From a virus: 64,000 nucleotides of DNA. The DNA lies in the IMG/VR virus record IMGVR_UViG_3300043409_001877, positions 1 through 64,000 of that record; one strand, given 5' to 3'. How positions within the stretch are numbered: position 1 is the first letter of the stretch; each line of letters starts with the position of its first letter. The translations under genes and the position numbers were made by a program. The notes beneath the pieces are model-generated. The model saw only the letters and a program-made list of their open reading frames with translations, was not told where the DNA came from and did not search any database. Shown piece after piece: positions 57,245 through 64,000 of the stretch.

Positions 57245-60200
57245 TTAAGCTAATTTAGATAATGTTGAATTTAACGAAGTAAATAGCGCATCACCTTTAC
57301 CAGGATGTGCGGTACATAATGAAACATTACCCACAACCGTAAATCCTTTATTTTTAAAAACATTAATATAATTATTAATCTTATTAATCCAATACGGTTC
57401 AGTATTTGTTGCTGTTACTTTTAAATTAGGTTCCCAACCATAATTTCCGTTAATTATATATTTAGTCGCTTTAGGGAATTTTTGTTCAATTAAACCTATT
57501 AATTCAAGTTCTTTCGCATTACCACCACTTAAAGTCCAAAGACCATTAGACCCAATTGTTAATATCAGATTTTTCACATCAGGGAAAGTTGTATTCGTTC
57601 CTTTTAAAGCTGTTATTAACTCACCTATATGCCAACCGACAGTATCTAATTCTTTAGGAGATGATATTCTAGATATTGCTGGGTATATCGGGTCAATACC
57701 TTTAGCTAAAGAGTCACCAATTACAACAGTTTTACTATTAGCTGTGGCTGCTATTGGTGCCACAGAACCATTTCTGTAATATTTAAGAGCTGCTTGAACA
57801 TCAGCTGTATTAGTTGCTGCTCTATCAACACCATTGCCTCCGTAATAACTTTGATCAAACGCTACATTGTGGGTTCTACCTTTATCATCAGTCCATGTTG
57901 TTGGGTGCGGTACGCCAACACTACTCCATGTTTGTGCTATATCCATTGCCGCTTTATTTAAATTATCTTGAGTATCATCAACTTGTTTATTTAGATATTT
58001 AATAGTATTTGGTCGTAATAAAGCCATACCCAATTTATCTTGGTTTTCTGGGCTATATAAATCAGTGTTTGTTAAACCAGCATCTTTTAAATTACCTTTT
58101 AATGTTTTGCCTATTATTTGATATCTACCAGTAGCGTGTAGTCTACCAACACTGTCTTCAGCGTGTGATTGGAATTGAATTACTTCCCCTATTGTATATT
58201 GTGATAAGGGTTTTGCTAAACCAGTATACCTAGTATTTTTACCATCAGCAAAATAACTATGTAAAACATCACCAGATGTATAGTAATTATGATCATCATA
58301 TGTGTGAGACTCATGCGATAAAACTTTTTCGAATAATGCTGGATATTTTTGAATAGCTGTAAAAGCGCCAGTTGCATTTGGATCAAAATTATTAGCTCCA
58401 ATACTACTATTACCATTAACACCTTTTGGTTGATATTTTATAACACAAATATATTTTAAATCGGAAACTCTTGAACCATCCCCTTTGTTGTTACTAGGAT
58501 CTATTAGTCCACTCCCTTCTATTAATTTAAGTTCTCTGTTAAGAACAGTCTGACCAAGATTACCACCATACACAGATGCTTTTAAAGTAGTAGCCTCTTT
58601 TACGCAGTCGCAATGTGTTAAATCACCTCCCGTTATTTCACTAAGAGTTTTATTAATACTTTTGGAGCGAGTGTTACAAACCAAATCCCCAACTCTAACG
58701 GTTGCATTTGGATCTGACACATCGTAAGCTTGCCAAGCGTAATTTTTATCATCCCTACCTTTTAATATATATGTGTTATGGTTTATTGAAAAAGGAAATT
58801 CAACTCCAGATTTTTGCATAATAAAAGATATAAAAGCTGCTGACCAAGGTGAATCAGGGCTACCACAAGGGAAGTTTGCAATTGACGATCTTGCCGCTAT
58901 CCAATATTTTGTTAATGCAGCAATTACGATTGGGTTCTTACAATCCTCTTTTAATGCACTAGATTCCCATAATTTGTATTCCTCATCAATAACACCAACT
59001 ATTTTAGATATGTAACTATTTTGTTTATTTATATCTATACCAGATTTTGATGGTACGGAATCGGGTTCTGTTGTTGACGTTAGAGTATAATAATTATTAA
59101 GTGCTAAAGGTGACCACTTAATGCCACCGTAAACGTCTGTTTGAGCCCCGTGTTTTGTTGTAAAGAATGATATGTTCGGTTTGTATGTACCTAGGAATTT
59201 AATGCTAAGTTTTTCAGTTGTGGCTGCTTTTGTTTTATCTTTAATTAATGATCCTTGCGCAATTTTTATTGAGTCACACATAAATCTATAATCAACCCAA
59301 AACGTTAATTGATTATCTGGGTCGCTTAAATCATCATACTCTTTATCACCATAGCCACCAGGAAATTTTATTTCAAAATCTATACTAAATGAAAATGTTG
59401 GGTTGTCAGCTTTTAATTCGGGGTATGTAACTGGTATACCAATATTATTAAATATCGCTTTTTCAGCAAAATTAACATTAGCTTTTTGTTTTTTAGGTAA
59501 TTTATCCCAAGCAGCTTTTAAATTAACCGCATAATCATTTTTTTGTGAATAGCTAGAAGCGATAGACCCAGAGCTTTCTAATTTTGATGTTATAAAAGTA
59601 TTAAACGCATTTTCATCATAATCACCATTTGACTCTGTTAAAGCAAACTCCCAAAAAACATCATAAACGGTTTTTTCACTACCAGACGCTTCTTCTGTTG
59701 AATTAATATAATTACACCAACTTTGAAAACTTGTATACTCTGATAAACCATTACCACCACCTACTGCTGTTTTTGTTTCTGGTGTCACACCAATTAAGTT
59801 AACTTCCTTAAAAGAATTAATTGTTTTTTTGTTTGTTGGGTCAAACGTATTAAACACATCATAAATATCATACGTACCAGTAGCATCAAATTGTCTGGAA
59901 GCTGGCATGCCATCATCATATGATGTTAATATATGTTCAACAAAGAATGTGGTTTCTTTTATTGGTATTAGTTCTTTTGGTGGTGTAATTTCACTAGCTG
60001 ATGATGATAGTGTTATTTTTTCATTACCATCAACAAGACCAGTATCAACCCCTTTCATTGTACCAATTAAATCAGTGGGTTTCTCATTTGGTATAACCAT
60101 TTTAGTCGCATAACCTGAATCACTTACAATACCACTTAAAAACAGACCTAATGTACATTCAGGGTTAATTGTATATCCATTCCCAGATTCTTTAAATAAT

Positions 60201-62002
60201 TTAGATAATGATAATTTTTTACTACCATCATCATATCTAGGGTCAGCATATTCAGCTGTAAAATTCATTAAACCAACAGCAATAACTGGCATCGTTTTAA
60301 TTATTTCAGAGTGAATAGTTGTATTATTTTTAAAAGCTTTTGCTGTGTTATATAAAGTTGCTATAATACCTAAATTAGCAGCTGAAGCTTCAAGACTACC
60401 TGTGATTGAATATAAATAAGCTCCAATAATTTTTCTACCATCAAAATAATGAATTCTATTAGTACCATCTGTTAAGTATTGAGCGATATCACCGTAAGGG
60501 TTAATACTATTTTGAACTGTTTGTAATCTACCAGATGTATCAGGTTCACCCTGAATAGCAATTTGCTCAAAAGCCTTAACACTTTCCAGTATATTAGCTT
60601 TTTGTTGGCGCATTAAAGCTAACAATTGTTTTCTAACATCGTTTTTACTTATAATTGGTTGTCTAACCCCTTTAAAAGTTGTAACCATATTATTTGGTAC
60701 AATTTTATGAGTTACGTTTGTAATCCAATATGTACCATGAAATAAGGGAACGTTTCTTAAATAGAAGTATGTTAACGGTTGTATTGTTGCGTTACCTAAA
60801 CTGGTAACAGTGCACGTGTATGATCTTTTTTCTAATACGGGAAAAATATTTTTTGTTTGTGGTGTTACGCCTTTAGTGTTTACCAAATCAACCCAAGTTT
60901 TTATACTCTCTTCGGTATCAAAAAATTCGCTTGTATCTAACTGAACCCCATTAAACATTTGTTGGTTTTGTCTACCAAAGTCAACGGTAAAGCATGTGAT
61001 ATTTGAATCATTCATTTCATCTGGCGCATTCTCATTTAAAACTCTAACCTCATTGTTATTATCATGACCGACATCTAAACAGAAAGAATTTAAATAATCA
61101 TTTTTAACTTTATTTCTATCACTTAAACCAACCGTATCAGCTCTTGAAGTAATAGACCCTAATTGGTATATGTAGCCAGGTAACCCAGTTAACCCACCAA
61201 ATTTTACATTTCTTTTTTGTAAAATATCTTCACCAAATAAAGTTGTGTTAGTGTGGGTTCCAAATAAACTATCAACCACATTATATAAATCAGCATCGTT
61301 ATTAGTTAAATTAGATAGAGTACTATTTAAGTTTAAATAATTTGGTATTTGTTGTGGTATAAAACCGCTTTCCGTAGCTAAACCAGATAACAACCCAGAT
61401 AATGAACCTGTTGTTAAATTAACTACAGCTTGTTCTTTAGAATTTTTATTAACTTTTTCATCACCAATTACAACGGCAGTAAAATCTGTATAATAATTTT
61501 TATTGATGTAAGCTAAATTAGCCAACACTTTAGTTCCAATGTCATTATTACCTCTATCAACGACTGAAAATATTTGGTATAGATCGTATGATTTTGCACT
61601 TGTACCAGCAAAACATTCATCTGAGGTTAAAACACTATTATAAAATAATTCAATTTTATTTAAATTATCAAATTCTAATGTATTTAAATCTCTTATTTTT
61701 GATACAGCGTGAACTGGAACAGAACCATTAGTTTTTCTACTACCACCACCAACTCTATCATATAAACTTTTTATATTATAATATGTTGTTTTTTTAATAT
61801 CAGCCTCAAAATTTTCATACTTTGGTTTATTAACGTAACTTTCTTCGGAATTGGGGTCTGTTTTTAATTTATAGTATTCAGCAACACCATCAAGAAATGA
61901 ATTAATACCCGTTAAATTTGAATTTATCGTAGTTGTAACGAAATCCTGAAAGAATTTCTTATTCGTTAATTTTTCACCGTATGCCTCTAAAGCTGTTTTC
62001 AT
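57245..62002 (-). CDS. Baseplate hub protein with DUF2272/CHAP-like, lysozyme-like and SGNH-like domains
   Basis: Hub-like LGNATIQP..YF...GTYWITNVTH; PWSAAFIS...GDLVC...HCD; HES...ATGRYQI...QDKL...WSS; VIGDSLA...GSN...HP. Confidence 0.75.
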   Translation of the reverse strand: MKTALEAYGEKLTNKKFFQDFVTTTINSNLTGINSFLDGVAEYYKLKTDPNSEESYVNKPKYENFEADIKKTTYYNIKSLYDRVGGGSRKTNGSVPVHAVSKIRDLNTLEFDNLNKIELFYNSVLTSDECFAGTSAKSYDLYQIFSVVDRGNNDIGTKVLANLAYINKNYYTDFTAVVIGDEKVNKNSKEQAVVNLTTGSLSGLLSGLATESGFIPQQIPNYLNLNSTLSNLTNNDADLYNVVDSLFGTHTNTTLFGEDILQKRNVKFGGLTGLPGYIYQLGSITSRADTVGLSDRNKVKNDYLNSFCLDVGHDNNNEVRVLNENAPDEMNDSNITCFTVDFGRQNQQMFNGVQLDTSEFFDTEESIKTWVDLVNTKGVTPQTKNIFPVLEKRSYTCTVTSLGNATIQPLTYFYLRNVPLFHGTYWITNVTHKIVPNNMVTTFKGVRQPIISKNDVRKQLLALMRQQKANILESVKAFEQIAIQGEPDTSGRLQTVQNSINPYGDIAQYLTDGTNRIHYFDGRKIIGAYLYSITGSLEASAANLGIIATLYNTAKAFKNNTTIHSEIIKTMPVIAVGLMNFTAEYADPRYDDGSKKLSLSKLFKESGNGYTINPECTLGLFLSGIVSDSGYATKMVIPNEKPTDLIGTMKGVDTGLVDGNEKITLSSSASEITPPKELIPIKETTFFVEHILTSYDDGMPASRQFDATGTYDIYDVFNTFDPTNKKTINSFKEVNLIGVTPETKTAVGGGNGLSEYTSFQSWCNYINSTEEASGSEKTVYDVFWEFALTESNGDYDENAFNTFITSKLESSGSIASSYSQKNDYAVNLKAAWDKLPKKQKANVNFAEKAIFNNIGIPVTYPELKADNPTFSFSIDFEIKFPGGYGDKEYDDLSDPDNQLTFWVDYRFMCDSIKIAQGSLIKDKTKAATTEKLSIKFLGTYKPNISFFTTKHGAQTDVYGGIKWSPLALNNYYTLTSTTEPDSVPSKSGIDINKQNSYISKIVGVIDEEYKLWESSALKEDCKNPIVIAALTKYWIAARSSIANFPCGSPDSPWSAAFISFIMQKSGVEFPFSINHNTYILKGRDDKNYAWQAYDVSDPNATVRVGDLVCNTRSKSINKTLSEITGGDLTHCDCVKEATTLKASVYGGNLGQTVLNRELKLIEGSGLIDPSNNKGDGSRVSDLKYICVIKYQPKGVNGNSSIGANNFDPNATGAFTAIQKYPALFEKVLSHESHTYDDHNYYTSGDVLHSYFADGKNTRYTGLAKPLSQYTIGEVIQFQSHAEDSVGRLHATGRYQIIGKTLKGNLKDAGLTNTDLYSPENQDKLGMALLRPNTIKYLNKQVDDTQDNLNKAAMDIAQTWSSVGVPHPTTWTDDKGRTHNVAFDQSYYGGNGVDRAATNTADVQAALKYYRNGSVAPIAATANSKTVVIGDSLAKGIDPIYPAISRISSPKELDTVGWHIGELITALKGTNTTFPDVKNLILTIGSNGLWTLSGGNAKELELIGLIEQKFPKATKYIINGNYGWEPNLKVTATNTEPYWINKINNYINVFKNKGFTVVGNVSLCTAHPGKGDALFTSLNSTLSKLA

Positions 62003-62020
62003 ATTTTATTTTTTTACAAT

Positions 62021-64000
62021 TTAAAGTTGTCTGCCTAAACCAGTAGGTTTCACCACACCACCACTATAAACATCCCCAAAACTAAAAGCAGATTCTTTAA
62101 TAATATCATTTACTTTTTTAGACTCTTCTTCTTTTAATCTTTTTTCTAATAATATTCTAACCCTTTCTTGCTCTTGTTCAACTGGTCTTACATATCTTTC
62201 AAATAAAACTGCGTGCTCAACCAAGGGATTGCCTGGTAAATATTCATCATTTAATACATCTAAATCAGCTAACACACGATAAACATAAGTTCTTATAAAT
62301 TTATTTAAAAAATAATACATGCTAGGAGTGTATTTAATATTTAAAAATTCAAAAAATTTTATAACAATTGTCGCATATAAATCAGTTAAATTAACATCAA
62401 TCACACCACGTTTAGTATTTGGGTCATACTTAGTAAATAATTTATTTACCATATATAAACCGTTTAAATAAATAATACCATCTTTTTCTGCTTTTGTAAC
62501 TGACGTATACGGTGCAATATATGTATCACCAAATAAAGCTTTTCTTGAAAAATATCTTATAGTATCAGTATCGTCAACAGTTTTTCCTAGGTCGGTGGCT
62601 ATTTCACTATAAGTCATTTTATTTGAAAATAATATTTCTGGTTGGGTTATTAAAGTATGTAATGATAAATCAGGTGTTGATTCATTATAATATATTGAAT
62701 TACTTGGTGAGTAATTCGTATGAACAATCGTGTCAGAGCAAAATTCATCAATAACAGAATATGTTTTATCTTTTTGTGATAAAGTTAAAGCGACATTTAA
62801 AAATTTAGATAAACCAATTTCAGCCATAAATTCGTAATTATACATTGAGTTACCAATTAAAGCCAAATTAATTTCTTCACCACTTAATTTTATACTTGTT
62901 TTGGGGTCTGTAAATTCTTTAATTTCATCATACGTAACAACAGATGATGCTAACATTAAACTTTTTAAGTTAAAACCTTTTTTAATATATGTTTCACTAC
63001 CAAATTTACAAAAATCTAAAAATAAACTTTTAAAATGAGTTAGTTGTGTAAAATTTAAAGAATCTAATAAATTAGCTATTTTAAATTGTTCAAAATAACC
63101 AGTTTTATCATACTCTATATTATCACTCACTGAGCTGACGTATAAATGATTTGTTTTAAAATAATTCCAACCATAAATATTTGAAGTTAATTCATCGATA
63201 CCAGATTTATTTTCGTAAATACCACCACCAAGAACACTATCCATAGCTAAATTTGAACCAACTTTAGTATTATCAAACCATAAAAATCTAGTTGTGTTTT
63301 TTAAAATGGTGTGATTATCAAAAGATGATGGATCATTAAGGAGTACCCCTCTATTAAATTCCTTATTCATTAAATATAAAGATTTATTTGGGTTATTTAA
63401 ATTTAAATTACCGTTTTTTGAATTGTATATACCAGTTAAAACATCTACTTTACTAACATCAAAATATAGATTTGTAACAACTTCAGATGTGAGAAAAGCG
63501 TTTGGGTGTAAAAAATCCATAGCCCAAGATAGGGCAGCAAGAGCTGTAGATGCGCCTTTGGGATCGCATAGTGTTAAATTTTTATATTCATCATCTTTAA
63601 ATTTATTGGCTTGGGCTAGACCAACTGTAGCATTTTCTAGGTCTGGATTGTAGGTTACTTTGTCATTTGAATCTTTATATAATAGTTCGGATAACTTTGT
63701 GATATTAGTATCGTTAATACCTCTTTGTATAAAATTTATATTACCTAATTTTAATCCAGAACCAGGGACATCAGATAACCATGGGCTATGTAATAAATAA
63801 TTTGGTGATATACTACCACCACAAGATGGGTATAATAAATATGATGCTTTATTATCAACTTTATTAAATTTATCACGAAAATTAATTTTTTCTAGTGTCC
63901 AAAGGTAACTCAGGAAATCAGTTAAACTATCTATTTGTTGTGTTAATGTGTTAAAACTAGAGTTTAATGTCTTATCTAAGGCTTCTGGTAAAACTGTTTG
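62021..64000 (-). CDS. Large virion (tail/baseplate) protein, 5'-truncated by the window edge
   Basis: Manual translation shows the frame of 62021..63520 stays open to position 64000, so the track's Met at 63520 is probably internal. Confidence 0.75.
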   Translation of the reverse strand, partial: QTVLPEALDKTLNSSFNTLTQQIDSLTDFLSYLWTLEKINFRDKFNKVDNKASYLLYPSCGGSISPNYLLHSPWLSDVPGSGLKLGNINFIQRGINDTNITKLSELLYKDSNDKVTYNPDLENATVGLAQANKFKDDEYKNLTLCDPKGASTALAALSWAMDFLHPNAFLTSEVVTNLYFDVSKVDVLTGIYNSKNGNLNLNNPNKSLYLMNKEFNRGVLLNDPSSFDNHTILKNTTRFLWFDNTKVGSNLAMDSVLGGGIYENKSGIDELTSNIYGWNYFKTNHLYVSSVSDNIEYDKTGYFEQFKIANLLDSLNFTQLTHFKSLFLDFCKFGSETYIKKGFNLKSLMLASSVVTYDEIKEFTDPKTSIKLSGEEINLALIGNSMYNYEFMAEIGLSKFLNVALTLSQKDKTYSVIDEFCSDTIVHTNYSPSNSIYYNESTPDLSLHTLITQPEILFSNKMTYSEIATDLGKTVDDTDTIRYFSRKALFGDTYIAPYTSVTKAEKDGIIYLNGLYMVNKLFTKYDPNTKRGVIDVNLTDLYATIVIKFFEFLNIKYTPSMYYFLNKFIRTYVYRVLADLDVLNDEYLPGNPLVEHAVLFERYVRPVEQEQERVRILLEKRLKEEESKKVNDIIKESAFSFGDVYSGGVVKPTGLGRQL

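Noticed and set aside
63518-63520. Met at 63520 as the true start of a 499-aa protein
   Set aside because: The frame is open upstream to the window end; the gene is probably truncated by the window.
895-63653. Many short antisense or alternate-frame ORFs in the track (e.g. 1692..1994+, 6792..7055+, 43559..44047+, 48813..49265+, 55226..55543+)
   Set aside because: Fully nested in well-supported genes, with shadow-frame composition and no recognisable motifs.
1-64000. Stop-codon reassignment (code 15 or 4) as in some large phages
   Set aside because: Conserved genes are full-length and tightly packed under code 11, so no read-through is needed.

Overview
AT-rich, gene-dense, almost entirely minus-strand segment of a large (jumbo-type) tailed dsDNA phage, probably a myovirus of a Bacteroidota host, read in the standard code. 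Host evidence: several TTTG-N19/20-TAnnTTTG promoters, an RpoD-like sigma factor lacking region 1.1 and a Gln-after-signal-peptide exported protein. In transcription order from the right end: a giant tail/baseplate gene (partial) and a baseplate hub carrying cell-wall enzyme domains; a replication/recombination block (SSB, RecA/UvsX, 5'-3' exonuclease, DnaB/gp41-like helicase, NrdB, NrdA); a ~26-kb baseplate/tail block (gp25-like, gp6-like, 2510-aa wedge protein, collar/fibre paralogues); RuvC-like resolvase, primase, PD-(D/E)XK nuclease, SbcD/SbcC, sigma-70; then putative head-internal and lysis-type genes, a methyltransferase, and a Ro60/TROVE-like vWA protein (DUF2828) followed by a candidate ~165-nt structured RNA and a terminator. 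The most interesting signals are: (1) the DUF2828 + Y-like RNA pair; (2) a strongly enriched [S/T]-G-x-T motif concentrated in one block of virion proteins; (3) a TATTTAT putative late promoter distinct from the host-type promoters; (4) a candidate -1 frameshift in a membrane-protein gene upstream of a catalytically degenerate amidase; (5) a family of proteins with (I/L/V)-x-E motifs, including an ArdC-zincin, that may be head-packaged. No CRISPR array, tRNA, intron, intein or transposon was seen. All family calls come from motif recognition by eye, not database searches.
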